64,000 bases of DNA from Brevundimonas sp. (GCF_046299535.1 NZ_JBKBIB010000012.1:21833-85832); one strand, 5' to 3'; numbered from the stretch's first letter, positions 16,347 to 25,942 are shown. Numbers and translations are program-made. Notes: generated by a model not told the origin, from the sequence alone.

Positions 16347-18494
16347 ATGAATATCGCCAGCATGATTGACGGCGTCGCCCGTCAGGACACGGATCGATAC
16401 CGTGCCGTGCGCGCGCGCATGACCGATCTGGCCGCCCGGCTGTCGGCCGAGGATCTGGGCGCCCAGTCCATGGCCGACGCCAGTCCAGGCAAATGGCATC
16501 TGGCGCACACAAGCTGGTTCTTCGAGGTCATGCTGCTGTCACGGCGGGCAGGCTATCAGCCCGTGGACGAACGTCTGGGGCGGCTGTTCAACTCTTACTA
16601 TGAGGCGCTGGGCGCGCGGGTGGCGCGGCCCGACCGGGGGCTGATGACGCGCCCGTCGCTGGACGAGGTGCTGGCCTATCGTCGCGAAATCGACCGCCGC
16701 ATGGTCGCCTTTCTGGGCGAGGGGCTGGACGACCCGCAGGAACGCTATCTGTTCGACCTTGGGCTGAACCACGATCAGCAGCATCAGGAGTTGTTCCTGA
16801 CCGACCTGCTGCATCTGATGTCGTGCTCGCCGCTGGAGCCGGCGGCCTATGAGCTTGAACCGGATGGACCGCCCGCGGCCAGCGCGGATCGGGGATGGAC
16901 GGATTTCGACGGCGGGCTCGCAAGGATCGGCCATGACGGCGCAGGGTTCGCCTTCGACAACGAGGGGCCGGCTCATCCGGTGATGCTGGCGCCGTTCCGG
17001 ATCGCGCGGTCCCTGGTGACCAACGGGGACTGGCTGGCCTTCATGGCGGACGGCGGCTATCGGCGGTCCGAGCTGTGGCTGTCCGACGGCTGGGCGGCGG
17101 TTCAGGAACACGGCTGGACGGCGCCCGGCTACTGGCGCGGGGAGGGGCAGGACTGGCGTGTCTTCACCCTGGCCGGCCCGCAGAAGATCGATCCGCACGC
17201 GCCGGTGCGTCACGTCAGCTTCTATGAGGCCGACGCCTTCGCCCGCTGGTCCGGCAAGCGGTTGCCCACCGAGTTCGAGTGGGAGCATGCGGCGGGGCAG
17301 GGCGCGCTGGACAACGCGTTCGATCATGTCTGGCAATGGACCGGCAGCGCCTATCTGCCCTATCCGGGCTTCCGCGCCACCGAGGGCACGGCGGCGGAGT
17401 ACAACGGCAAGTTCATGGCCAACCAGATGGTGGCGCGCGGCGCCTCCTGGGCCACGGCGGCGGGGCATTCGCGGGCAACCTATCGCAACTTTTTCTATCC
17501 GCACCAAAGGTGGCAATTCATGGGACTGAGACTGGCCGAGGACGCGCCCGTGCGGCGTTCGCAAGGGACCGATGATCTGGAGCCGTTCGCCCAGGCGCTG
17601 GTCGAGGGACTGTCCGCCAGTCCGAAAGCCATGTCGCCCAAGTGGTTCTATGATGCGGCGGGGTCTCGCCTGTTCGAGGACATCACTCGCCTGCCGGAAT
17701 ACTATCCGACCCGGCAGGAGGCGGCCCTGCTGAACGAGGTCTCGCCCCGACTGGCCGAGGCCATGGGCGAGGACGCGGTGCTGGTGGAGTTCGGCAGCGG
17801 CGCCAGTGAGAAGACCGAGGTGTTGCTGGACGCCGCACCGGGCGTCGCCGCCTACGTGGCCATCGACATCAGCGAGACGGCGCTGGAGGAGGCGGCGGTT
17901 CGCATCCGGGCGCGCTATCCCCGGCTGGACGTGCGTCCCGTGGTCGGCGATTTCCTGCACCCGGCGGCCCTGCCGCAGGGCCTGCCCGGCGGGTGTCGCG
18001 TCGGCTTCTTTCCGGGCTCCACCATCGGCAATCTGGATCCGGGGGAGGCGAAGGCTTTCCTGACGGACGCGCGCGCCATGCTGGGCCAGGGGGCCCTGTT
18101 CATTCTGGGGGTTGATCTGGTCAAGGATCCCGCTGTGCTGATCGCGGCCTATGACGATTCATCCGGCGTAACGGCGGCGTTCAACCTGAATTTGCTGGAA
18201 CGAGCCAATGCGGAGGCAGGAGCGGACTTCGATCTGTCCGCCTTCGAGCATCAGGCCCTGTGGAATGCGGATGAGGCGCGCATCGAGATGCATCTGCGCG
18301 CGCGTCGGGATCAGGTTGTCGAGGTGTCCGGTCGGCGGTTCCGGTTCGGGGAGGGAGAAACCCTTCACACCGAGAATTCGCGCAAATTCACACCGGAGCG
18401 TGTGACGGCCCTGGCCGAGTCGGCGGGCTGGCGGGTTCGCGATCTGTATGTCGGCCCCGAGCCCAGCGTGGCGCTGGTGCTGCTCGGGGCCTGA
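16347..18494 (+). CDS. egtB-egtD: fused ergothioneine biosynthesis protein: EgtB-like sulfoxide synthase (DinB_2 + FGE-sulfatase domains) joined to EgtD-like histidine N-alpha-methyltransferase
   Basis: N-terminal ~415 aa: WHLAHTSWFFE, FGE-type GYRRSELWLSDGW and YRNFFYPHQRWQFMGLRLAED. After a ~15-aa linker comes the EgtD-type region: SPKWFYDAAGSRLFEDITRLPEYYPTRQE ... TENSRKFT. Single uninterrupted 715-aa frame. Confidence 0.85.
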   Translation: MNIASMIDGVARQDTDRYRAVRARMTDLAARLSAEDLGAQSMADASPGKWHLAHTSWFFEVMLLSRRAGYQPVDERLGRLFNSYYEALGARVARPDRGLMTRPSLDEVLAYRREIDRRMVAFLGEGLDDPQERYLFDLGLNHDQQHQELFLTDLLHLMSCSPLEPAAYELEPDGPPAASADRGWTDFDGGLARIGHDGAGFAFDNEGPAHPVMLAPFRIARSLVTNGDWLAFMADGGYRRSELWLSDGWAAVQEHGWTAPGYWRGEGQDWRVFTLAGPQKIDPHAPVRHVSFYEADAFARWSGKRLPTEFEWEHAAGQGALDNAFDHVWQWTGSAYLPYPGFRATEGTAAEYNGKFMANQMVARGASWATAAGHSRATYRNFFYPHQRWQFMGLRLAEDAPVRRSQGTDDLEPFAQALVEGLSASPKAMSPKWFYDAAGSRLFEDITRLPEYYPTRQEAALLNEVSPRLAEAMGEDAVLVEFGSGASEKTEVLLDAAPGVAAYVAIDISETALEEAAVRIRARYPRLDVRPVVGDFLHPAALPQGLPGGCRVGFFPGSTIGNLDPGEAKAFLTDARAMLGQGALFILGVDLVKDPAVLIAAYDDSSGVTAAFNLNLLERANAEAGADFDLSAFEHQALWNADEARIEMHLRARRDQVVEVSGRRFRFGEGETLHTENSRKFTPERVTALAESAGWRVRDLYVGPEPSVALVLLGA

Positions 18495-18502
18495 TCGCAG
18501 AT

Positions 18503-18724
18503 TCAGCTTTGGGCGTTCTTGTCGGGCTTGCGGGCGCCATGAGACGCTTCTCCGCCCTTGCGTCCGGCCTGGGCGGCCAGACTGCGGTCCTGGGAGAAGC
18601 TGCGCTTCTCGCTGGGCACGCTGGCGCCGCCCTTGCGGGCGATTTCGCGCTGACGTTCGGGATCCATGGACGCGAAGCCGCGCTTGGATACGCCGGATGC
18701 GCGCGGGGTCTGTCCTTCAGCCAT
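18503..18724 (-). CDS. KGG-repeat general stress protein
   Basis: 73 aa from ATG 18724, with AAGGAG 7 nt upstream. Repeats: IARKGGASV, AGRKGGEAS. Confidence 0.8.
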   Translation of the reverse strand: MAEGQTPRASGVSKRGFASMDPERQREIARKGGASVPSEKRSFSQDRSLAAQAGRKGGEASHGARKPDKNAQS

Positions 18725-18776
18725 GTCGGGGCTCCTTTCGGTTCGCCTGATAGGTGAGCTATGCGGTTGAAAACTG

Positions 18777-18801
18777 AACCCCGGCGCTCCGCCATGGTTC
18801 C
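18777..18801 (-). promoter_or_regulatory. EcfG-type ECF promoter, GGAAC-N16-GGTT
   Basis: Minus strand reads GGAACcatggcggagcgccggGGTT, about 52 nt upstream of ATG 18724. Confidence 0.5.
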
Positions 18802-18827
18802 GCTTGCGGATCGTAATTCGCGGTTCG

Positions 18828-18986
18828 TCAGTCGTGGGGACGCGAGTCGCCCTCATCACCACCGCCCGGCTCAAGCGGAGGCATTTCCGTGGGCGTGTCA
18901 GCGGGGTCGATTTCGGGACCAGGCGTGTTGCCAGGCTGGATTTCCGGCGACGGTCCGCCGGGAGGGGTGGGTTCGATGTAGGTCAT
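18828..18986 (-). CDS. 52-aa Pro/Glu/Asp-rich small protein
   Basis: ATG 18986 is preceded by AAGGAG (caAGGAGatcaatcATG). Sequence: MTYIEPTPPGGPSPEIQPGNTPGPEIDPADTPTEMPPLEPGGGDEGDSRPHD. The longer 84-aa ORF would include its own predicted promoter. Confidence 0.55.
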   Translation of the reverse strand: MTYIEPTPPGGPSPEIQPGNTPGPEIDPADTPTEMPPLEPGGGDEGDSRPHD

Positions 18987-19010
18987 GATTGATCTCCTTG
19001 TCAGGGAGGC

Positions 19011-19035
19011 AACGCCCCTGCCCCCTGCATGTTCA
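19011..19035 (-). promoter_or_regulatory. EcfG-type ECF promoter, TGAAC-N16-CGTT
   Basis: Minus strand reads TGAACatgcagggggcaggggCGTT, 24 nt upstream of ATG 18986. Confidence 0.4.
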
Positions 19036-19045
19036 CGGCCAAGCT

Positions 19046-19070
19046 GGAACCGGCGTCCGCAGGCCGGGTT
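19046..19070 (+). promoter_or_regulatory. EcfG-type ECF promoter, GGAAC-N16-GGTT
   Basis: GGAACcggcgtccgcaggccgGGTT, 30 nt upstream of ATG 19101. Back-to-back with the 19011..19035 promoter. Confidence 0.5.
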
Positions 19071-19100
19071 GAAGGGGTCCACCCCCTTCAGGAGATCGCC

Positions 19101-19370
19101 ATGACCGACGTGACCGCCCGCACCGACACCACCACCCCCGAAACCGGATCTTTCGACACGACCCTGTCGCCCCGTCCTGATCTGCGTATGGACGCCGATG
19201 AAGGATCGTCGCCCATGACAGCCAGGATTGAACGTGGGCTGCGTGAAAGCCGTTCATGGGCTGAAGAGCGCACCCAGCGCGCCGGTGAAACCATCCGCGC
19301 CCATCCCGTCCGCAGCAGCCTCGGCGCCGTGGGTGTCGGCGTTGTCCTGGGCATGCTTCTCCGCCGCTAG
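19101..19370 (+). CDS. DUF883 (ElaB/YqjD/YgaM-like) tail-anchored stress protein
   Basis: 89 aa from ATG 19101, with AGGAG upstream. Charged helical body and a C-terminal TM anchor (SSLGAVGVGVVLGMLLRR). Confidence 0.7.
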   Translation: MTDVTARTDTTTPETGSFDTTLSPRPDLRMDADEGSSPMTARIERGLRESRSWAEERTQRAGETIRAHPVRSSLGAVGVGVVLGMLLRR

Positions 19371-20056
19371 GGCGCCAGGCGCCCAAGCGCCGCATCTGAC
19401 ACGAACGGGTTGGTCCGGCGCTCCTCGCCGAGCGTCGAGACCGGCCCGTGGCCTGGAGCGAAGGTGACGTCGTCGCCCAGCGGCCAAAGCTTGGTCACCA
19501 CCGAATTCAGCAAGGTCTGATGATCGCCGCGCGGGAAATCCGTGCGGCCGATGGAGCCCTTGAACAGCACGTCCCCAACCTGGGCGAACTTCGCCGCCCG
19601 GTTGAAGAAGATCACATGGCCGGGCGTGTGTCCGGGACAGTGGCGAACCTCCCAGGTGGTTTCGCCCAGCGTCATCACATCGCCCTCGTCCAGCCAGCGG
19701 TCCGTCTCGAAGGACCGCGCCTCGGGCATGCCGTACATCTGGCCCTGGGCGGCCAGGCCGTGGATCAGGAATTGGTCTTCGGGGTGAGGCCCCTCAATGG
19801 GGACGCCGGACTTCGCCTTCATCTCGGCCGCGCCGCCCGCATGGTCGATGTGGCCATGGGTGATCCAGATCTGGTCCAGCGTCAGGCCGCGCCGCTTCAC
19901 CTCCGCCAGGATCATGTCGACCCCTCCGCCTGGATCGATCACAGCCGCCTTGTTGGTCTGCGTACACCAGACCACGGTGCAGTTCTGCTGCAGCGGGGTG
20001 ACAGGGGCGATGAAGACGCCGATGGGCGATCTGGGCGGGGAGGCGGTCTGGGTCAT
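19367..20056 (-). CDS. MBL-fold metallo-hydrolase (glyoxalase II-like)
   Basis: THGHIDHAGG motif. Start chosen at ATG 20056 (MTQTASPP...); alternatives upstream at 20125 and 20212. Confidence 0.8.
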   Translation of the reverse strand: MTQTASPPRSPIGVFIAPVTPLQQNCTVVWCTQTNKAAVIDPGGGVDMILAEVKRRGLTLDQIWITHGHIDHAGGAAEMKAKSGVPIEGPHPEDQFLIHGLAAQGQMYGMPEARSFETDRWLDEGDVMTLGETTWEVRHCPGHTPGHVIFFNRAAKFAQVGDVLFKGSIGRTDFPRGDHQTLLNSVVTKLWPLGDDVTFAPGHGPVSTLGEERRTNPFVSDAALGRLAP

Positions 20057-20230
20057 GGGCTTCAGATAGCCACGCGCGGCGCCAAACGAAACCCGGTCGT
20101 TGACCTGAACCGCCCTTGCCGACATAAGGGCGGGCTTCGAGGAGCCGCTCCCGCACGGGGCGGCCCTTTTCGCATTTTCCACCTGCGCGCGCTCGCTCCA
20201 TAGCGCCGCCACAGAGCGTCAGACACGTCC

Positions 20231-21571
20231 ATGCAAGTCGTCGAAAAGTCCGCCGAAGGTCTCAGCCGCGTGATCGCGGTCACCATCCCCGCTTCCGAGC
20301 TGAACGCCAAGCTGGACGCCAAGGCGGCCGAAGTCGCCCCGCAGATGAAGCTGAAAGGCTTTCGTCCCGGGAAGGTGCCGGTGTCGCACGTGCGCAAGGC
20401 CTATGGCCGCGACCTGATGGGCGAGATCGTCAACGACGCCCTGAACCAGTCCAGCCAGAAGGCGCTGGACGACGCCAAGCTGCGCCCGGCCGCCCCGGCC
20501 GAGATGAAGCTGGTGTCCGACATGGACAAGGTGGTCGCGGGCCAGGAAGACCTGTCCTACGAAATGGCGCTGGAAGTCATGCCCGACTTCAAGCCGGTGG
20601 ACCCCAAGTCGCTGAAGCTGACCCGCCCGGTCTACGAGGCGTCCGACGCCGACCTGGACGAGGCGCTGAAGGAACTGGCCGGTCAGGCCAAGACCTATGA
20701 GGACAAGGGCGGGAAGGCCCCCAAGGCCGCCGACGGCGACCAGCTGACCATCGATTTCGTCGGCAAGATCGACGGCGAGGTGTTCGAGGGCGGCTCGGCC
20801 GAGGACGCGGACCTGATCATCGGCTCGGGCCGCTTCATCCCCGGCTTCGAGGAACAGCTGACCGGCGCCAAGGTCGGTGACGAGAAGACCATCGAGGTCA
20901 CCTTCCCCGAAGAGTATCAAGCCGCCCATCTGGCCGGCAAGGCCGCGACCTTCGACGTCACGGTCAAGGCCCTGAAGGCCCCCAAGGACAGCGAGATCGA
21001 CGACGATTTCGCCAAACGCCTTGGTCTGGAGTCCATCGACAAGCTCAAGGAGCTGCTGCGCGACAACCTGAACCAGCAGTACAAGGGCGCCGCCCGCTTC
21101 AAGCTGAAGCGCGCCCTGCTGGACCAGCTGGACGAGCAGCACTCGTTCGACCTGCCGCCCAAGATGGTCGAGGCCGAGTTCGACGGCATCTGGCAACAGG
21201 TGGAGGCCGACAAGGAAGCCGGCCGGCTACCCGAGGCCGACGCCAAGAAGTCGGACAAGAAGCTCAAGGAAGAGTACCGCAAGATCGCCGAGCGCCGCGT
21301 GCGTCTGGGCCTGGTGCTGGCCGAGATCGGCCGCGAGAACAACGTCACCGTGACGGACCAGGAACTGAACAACGCCATCATGGCCGAGGCCCGCAACTAT
21401 CCGGGGCAGGAGCAGGCGGTGCTGAACTTCTATCGCCAGAACCCCAACGCCGCCGCGGGCATGCGCGCCCCGATCTATGAGGAAAAGGTCTGCGACCTGA
21501 TCTTCGACCAGGCGGAAGTGAAGGAAGAGCCCATCAGCAAGGAAGACCTGCTGAAGGACGACGAGGAGTAG
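20231..21571 (+). CDS. tig: trigger factor
   Basis: 446 aa. N-terminal ribosome-binding motif (GFRPGKVP), central FKBP-type PPIase ([15 protein letters not shown]), and C-terminal arm domain. Confidence 0.95.
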   Translation: MQVVEKSAEGLSRVIAVTIPASELNAKLDAKAAEVAPQMKLKGFRPGKVPVSHVRKAYGRDLMGEIVNDALNQSSQKALDDAKLRPAAPAEMKLVSDMDKVVAGQEDLSYEMALEVMPDFKPVDPKSLKLTRPVYEASDADLDEALKELAGQAKTYEDKGGKAPKAADGDQLTIDFVGKIDGEVFEGGSAEDADLIIGSGRFIPGFEEQLTGAKVGDEKTIEVTFPEEYQAAHLAGKAATFDVTVKALKAPKDSEIDDDFAKRLGLESIDKLKELLRDNLNQQYKGAARFKLKRALLDQLDEQHSFDLPPKMVEAEFDGIWQQVEADKEAGRLPEADAKKSDKKLKEEYRKIAERRVRLGLVLAEIGRENNVTVTDQELNNAIMAEARNYPGQEQAVLNFYRQNPNAAAGMRAPIYEEKVCDLIFDQAEVKEEPISKEDLLKDDEE

Positions 21572-21610
21572 GAACGGCCCAAAATTCCGATCCAGTGGAA
21601 ATAGAGATTG

Positions 21611-21640
21611 CCCCCGGCGAACGATCGCCGGGGGTTTTTT
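21611..21640 (+). terminator. rho-independent terminator after tig
   Basis: CCCCCGGCGaacgatCGCCGGGGG followed by TTTTTT. Confidence 0.85.
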
Positions 21641-21800
21641 CATTGCTTTCCTGAGTCACGCGCCGTTGATTTCGCAGGAAGTCGGCAGCCTGGTTGTTCC
21701 AGCCTTCATTAACTCGGGTTCAGAAAGTCGATAAGCGTTTGACGCTCCGACATCCGCTCTCCACAACGCACTCGTGCTTGCGGTTTTGGAGAGACTTTCA

Positions 21801-22727
21801 ATGAAGTGCGACCGGATTTACTCTGGACTCTTCACGCTGCTGGTCGCGGCGGGTCTCTGTTTTTCGACCGGCGGCGCCCTCGCCCAGGAGGCCCCGGGCG
21901 AGCCGGAAGCGACCCAGGTGGCCCCGGTGACGGTCGAGGGACGCCGTCTGGCGGACCAGGTGCGCAACTTCGTCGGCGAGGTCGCGGCCGCACCTCGTGG
22001 GCAACAATTGGCGCGCTGGGATGGCCGGGTCTGTGTGGGCACCGTGAATCTCGACCCGCGCTACGGTCAATTCATGATTGACCGCGTCGTGCAGACGGCT
22101 GTCTCGGTGGGGCTGGAGTCCGGCGAACCGGGATGTCGGCCCGACATCCTCATTATCGCCACCAATGACGGCGACCAGTTGGCCCGGAGCCTGGTGCAGG
22201 ACAGCCCTTCCGGTTTTCGACCCGCGCGTGGTGGCACCGACCTGGGGCGTGCGGCCCTGCGCAGATTTCAGAACACGGACGCACCGGTGCGCTGGTGGCA
22301 TGTCAGTCTGCCGGTCAGTGTAGACACAGGGGAGATCGCGGCTGCGCTGGACGGAGAGGAATACACGACGATCAGCGTCCGGGACGCCTCACGCCTGCGT
22401 TCAAACACCCGTGACGAACTGCGCAGGGTCATCATCATTCTCGATGTGAGTCGGATCGGCGTGGTGTCGTTCGGCGCCCTCAGCGACTATGTGGCCATGA
22501 TCGCGCTGGCCCAGGTTGATCCTCAGGCCGATACCAGTTCCTATCCCAGCGTTCTGAACCTGTTCAATGACCTGGCCGAGGGGGCGGAAGCCGGGGGCCT
22601 TACGGATTGGGACAGGGACTATCTGACCGGTCTTTACCGCGCCCGTGATGATCGGGCCCGGTCAAGTCAGCAAGAGCGCGAGATCGCTCGGGAAATGATG
22701 CGGGCGTCTGACGGGAACGAAGACTAG
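21801..22727 (+). CDS. exported hypothetical protein
   Basis: Start at ATG 21801 gives a signal peptide (MKCDRIYSGLFTLLVAAGLCFSTGGALAQE). I recognise no family motifs. Confidence 0.6.
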   Translation: MKCDRIYSGLFTLLVAAGLCFSTGGALAQEAPGEPEATQVAPVTVEGRRLADQVRNFVGEVAAAPRGQQLARWDGRVCVGTVNLDPRYGQFMIDRVVQTAVSVGLESGEPGCRPDILIIATNDGDQLARSLVQDSPSGFRPARGGTDLGRAALRRFQNTDAPVRWWHVSLPVSVDTGEIAAALDGEEYTTISVRDASRLRSNTRDELRRVIIILDVSRIGVVSFGALSDYVAMIALAQVDPQADTSSYPSVLNLFNDLAEGAEAGGLTDWDRDYLTGLYRARDDRARSSQQEREIAREMMRASDGNED

Positions 22728-22734
22728 CTCGCGT

Positions 22735-22763
22735 CTTGCAACCGCCGCTTCGGGACGCGATAT
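22735..22763 (+). promoter_or_regulatory. possible sigma-32-like heat-shock promoter for clpP
   Basis: CTTGCAA-N16-CGATAT, about 60 nt upstream of ATG 22824. Resembles CTTGAAA / CCYATNT-type RpoH promoters only loosely. Confidence 0.3.
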
Positions 22764-22823
22764 CATGAGGCAACGATGCGCGGCGCCCGAGTCGCGCACG
22801 CACGCAGCTTCGAGAAGGCCTTC

Positions 22824-23465
22824 ATGCGCGATCCGATCGACTACATCCAGAGCAACCTCGTCCCCATGGTGGTGGAGCAATCCAGCCGGGGCGAGCGCGC
22901 CTTCGACATCTTCTCGCGCCTGCTCCGCGAGCGCATCATCTTCCTGACCGGCCCGTTCGACGACGGCATGGCCAGCCTGATCTGCGCCCAGCTTCTCTTC
23001 CTGGAGTCCGAGAACCCCAAGAAGGAAATCTCCATGTATATCAACAGCCCCGGGGGCATTGTGACCTCGGCGCTCGCGATCTACGACACCATGCAGTACA
23101 TCAAGTCGCCGGTTTCCACCGTCTGCATGGGCATGGCCGCCTCGGCCGGTTCGCTGATCCTGACGGCAGGCGCGGCGGGTCAGCGGGTGTCTCTGCCCAA
23201 CGCCCGGATCATGGTTCACCAGCCTTCAGGCGGGTTCCGCGGCCAGGCCTCTGACATCGAGCGCCACGCCGAGGACATCATCAAGACCAAGCGCCGCCTG
23301 AACGAAATCTATGTCCAGCATACGGGGCGGACCTATGAGGAAGTCGAGCGCACCCTGGACCGCGACCACTTCATGAGCGCGCAGGAGGCCAAGGACTGGG
23401 GTCTGGTGGACCACGTCTATGAGCAGCGCGAGGAAGCGCCCGGCGAAGAGCCCAAGAAAGGCTAG
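22824..23465 (+). CDS. clpP: ATP-dependent Clp protease proteolytic subunit
   Basis: Start at ATG 22824 ([34 protein letters not shown]). Catalytic Ser context GMAASAGS and His context MVHQPSGG. Confidence 0.95.
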   Translation: MRDPIDYIQSNLVPMVVEQSSRGERAFDIFSRLLRERIIFLTGPFDDGMASLICAQLLFLESENPKKEISMYINSPGGIVTSALAIYDTMQYIKSPVSTVCMGMAASAGSLILTAGAAGQRVSLPNARIMVHQPSGGFRGQASDIERHAEDIIKTKRRLNEIYVQHTGRTYEEVERTLDRDHFMSAQEAKDWGLVDHVYEQREEAPGEEPKKG

Positions 23466-24112
23466 GGTCTGGCCGTGAACACCTGAAATCCGGGCTGGTC
23501 AGCGATGGCCAGCATTTCGGTGTCGCCCGAGGTGTCGCCGTAGGCGGCGGTGAGATGGACATCGTCGCCGTAAGCCGCCTTCAGGCGCGTCACCTTCTCG
23601 CCGCCCCGGCAGTTTTCGCCCGCGAAGGCGCCGGTGATGCGGTCATCGTGATCGAAGGCCAGTCGGGTGCCGAGCAAGGCCTCGGCGCCCAGGCGGCGGG
23701 CGAAGGGAGCCACGGTGATCTCGGGCGAGGCGGTGACAATGACCCGGTGGGCGCCCCGGGCGCCCCAGTCGTTCCAGCAGGCCAGGGCGTCGGGACGCAT
23801 CAGCCGGTCCCACGCCTGCCCGGCGAAGGTTTCGGCAAGGCCCTTGAGCGTCTTGCGGTCCACGCCATCGAGGAATTCGGCCACCGCCGCAGCCTTGATG
23901 GCGCCGCGATCCTTCGTGCGCAGGTACGAAAGGGCGGCGGGCGTCAGGCGGGCCATGCCGAACAGGTAGCCCACCGCGCCCACGCGCCAGCGCAGGAAGT
24001 CGGTGAAACTGTCCCTGACGGTCATGGTCCCGTCGAAATCGAAGGCGACAAGAGGCTGGCCCGGCGCGGGAGCCGAAACCTGGGGCTGGCGGAGTGGTGC
24101 GAGATTTCCCAT
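23462..24112 (-). CDS. cicA: HAD-IB family hydrolase/phosphotransferase (CicA-like)
   Basis: [11 protein letters not shown] motif I and C-terminal [10 protein letters not shown]. It lies between clpP and clpX on the opposite strand, as described for Caulobacter crescentus cicA. Start chosen at ATG 24112. Confidence 0.65.
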   Translation of the reverse strand: MGNLAPLRQPQVSAPAPGQPLVAFDFDGTMTVRDSFTDFLRWRVGAVGYLFGMARLTPAALSYLRTKDRGAIKAAAVAEFLDGVDRKTLKGLAETFAGQAWDRLMRPDALACWNDWGARGAHRVIVTASPEITVAPFARRLGAEALLGTRLAFDHDDRITGAFAGENCRGGEKVTRLKAAYGDDVHLTAAYGDTSGDTEMLAIADQPGFQVFTARP

Positions 24113-24308
24113 CTGGGATGACCGTAACGACCTTTCACCCGCCTCGTCCATCCCGCGAAAACCCGGCGCCGGTTCGCCTCGTCGGGGTTGTGATGGACCG
24201 TCGGATGGGTGATTGTCATATTTTGAAGACCTTCCGGCGCAGGATTTGCGAATCGTGACGGAAGGATGCGCGCCCGGACCTTTTCGGGACGCGAGAGTGA
24301 GAAGGCCG

Positions 24309-25577
24309 ATGACCAAAGCCGCCAGTGGCGACGCCAAGAGCACCCTGTACTGCTCCTTCTGCGGAAAGAGCCAGCATGAGGTGCGTAAACTCATCGCCGG
24401 ACCGACCGTGTTCATCTGCGATGAATGCGTCGAGCTCTGCATGGATATCATCCGTGAAGAGCACAAGATCGCCTTCGTGAAGTCCAAGGACGGCGTGCCG
24501 ACGCCCAAGGAAATCCGCGAAGTCCTTGACGATTATGTGATCGGCCAGAGCCACGCCAAGAAGGTGCTGAGCGTCGCCGTCCACAACCACTACAAGCGCC
24601 TGAACCACGCCACCAAGAACAACGACGTGGAACTGGCCAAGTCCAACATCATGCTGATCGGGCCGACCGGCTCGGGCAAGACGCTGCTGGCCCAGACCCT
24701 GGCGCGCATCATCGACGTGCCGTTCACCATGGCCGACGCCACCACCCTGACCGAAGCCGGTTACGTGGGCGAGGATGTGGAGAACATCATCCTGAAGCTG
24801 CTGCAGGCGTCCGACTACAACGTCGAGCGGGCCCAGCGCGGCATCGTCTACATCGACGAAATCGACAAGATCAGCCGCAAGTCCGACAACCCCTCCATCA
24901 CCCGCGACGTGAGCGGGGAGGGCGTGCAACAGGCACTGCTGAAGATCATGGAAGGCACCGTGGCCTCCGTGCCGCCGCAGGGCGGCCGCAAGCATCCGCA
25001 GCAGGAATTCCTGCAGGTGGACACCGCCAACATCCTGTTCATCGTCGGCGGCGCCTTCGCCGGGCTGGAGAAGGTGATCTCGGCGCGCGGCGTGGGGGCC
25101 TCCATCGGCTTCGGCGCCAAGGTCAAGGAAATCGACGAGCGCCGCATGGGCGACATCCTCAAGGAGGTCGAGCCCGACGACCTGATGCGCTTCGGCCTGA
25201 TCCCCGAGTTCATCGGCCGTCTGCCGGTTCTGGCGACGCTGGAGGATCTGGACGAAGCGGCCCTGGTCACCATTCTGACCGAGCCCAAGAACGCCCTGAT
25301 CAAGCAGTACGGCCGTCTGTTCGAGATGGAGAACGTGGGTCTGACGTTCACCGACGATGCGCTGTCGGCTATCGCCAAGAAGGCCATTACGCGCAAGACG
25401 GGCGCGCGCGGTCTGCGCTCGATCATGGAGGGCATCCTGCTCGAGACCATGTTCGAACTGCCCACCTACGAGGGTGTGGAAGAGGTGGTGGTAAACGCCG
25501 AGGTGGTCGAGGGCCGCGCCCAGCCGCTGCTGATCTACGCCGAAAAGCCCAAGAAGCAGCAGGACGGCGCCGCCTGA
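24309..25577 (+). CDS. clpX: ATP-dependent Clp protease ATP-binding subunit
   Basis: Start ATG 24309. Zinc-binding [11 protein letters not shown]...FICDECV, Walker A GPTGSGKT, Walker B VYIDEIDK. Confidence 0.95.
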   Translation: MTKAASGDAKSTLYCSFCGKSQHEVRKLIAGPTVFICDECVELCMDIIREEHKIAFVKSKDGVPTPKEIREVLDDYVIGQSHAKKVLSVAVHNHYKRLNHATKNNDVELAKSNIMLIGPTGSGKTLLAQTLARIIDVPFTMADATTLTEAGYVGEDVENIILKLLQASDYNVERAQRGIVYIDEIDKISRKSDNPSITRDVSGEGVQQALLKIMEGTVASVPPQGGRKHPQQEFLQVDTANILFIVGGAFAGLEKVISARGVGASIGFGAKVKEIDERRMGDILKEVEPDDLMRFGLIPEFIGRLPVLATLEDLDEAALVTILTEPKNALIKQYGRLFEMENVGLTFTDDALSAIAKKAITRKTGARGLRSIMEGILLETMFELPTYEGVEEVVVNAEVVEGRAQPLLIYAEKPKKQQDGAA

Positions 25578-25600
25578 TCGGTGTGATGTGGAAAATCAAA

Positions 25601-25629
25601 GGGCGGGTCATGAGACCCGCCCTTTTTTT
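25601..25629 (+). terminator. rho-independent terminator after clpX
   Basis: GGGCGGGTCatgaGACCCGCCC followed by TTTTTTT. Confidence 0.9.
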
Positions 25630-25705
25630 ATTGCTGAAGGCCTCAGGTTTCACTCACGAAGAGGCGGGCGGGGCCAGCATTGCGGCTGCAAGCGTCCCGC
25701 GCCGT

Positions 25706-25942
25706 TTACTGGCTATCCGTGCCGGGGGCCGTCGTCGCTGTGGGGTCAGCAGGGGGGACCTCGCTGTCCTGCATGGCTGAGTCCACCACGGGTGCGCCCT
25801 CGGGACCCGGCTCGACCGGTCTCGGGCTGACCGCCACATCCTCGGCGGCGACGGTTTCGTCCAGAGGACGGGTGTCTTCCTGCTGGTTGCAGGCCGTCAG
25901 GCCCAGAACAGCGGCGCTCGCCGCGACGATCATCAAACGCAT
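25706..25942 (-). CDS. small lipoprotein, Pro/Asp/Glu-rich
   Basis: 78 aa. AGGAGG 5 nt upstream of the ATG. Lipobox LGLTAC. Confidence 0.6.
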   Translation of the reverse strand: MRLMIVAASAAVLGLTACNQQEDTRPLDETVAAEDVAVSPRPVEPGPEGAPVVDSAMQDSEVPPADPTATTAPGTDSQ

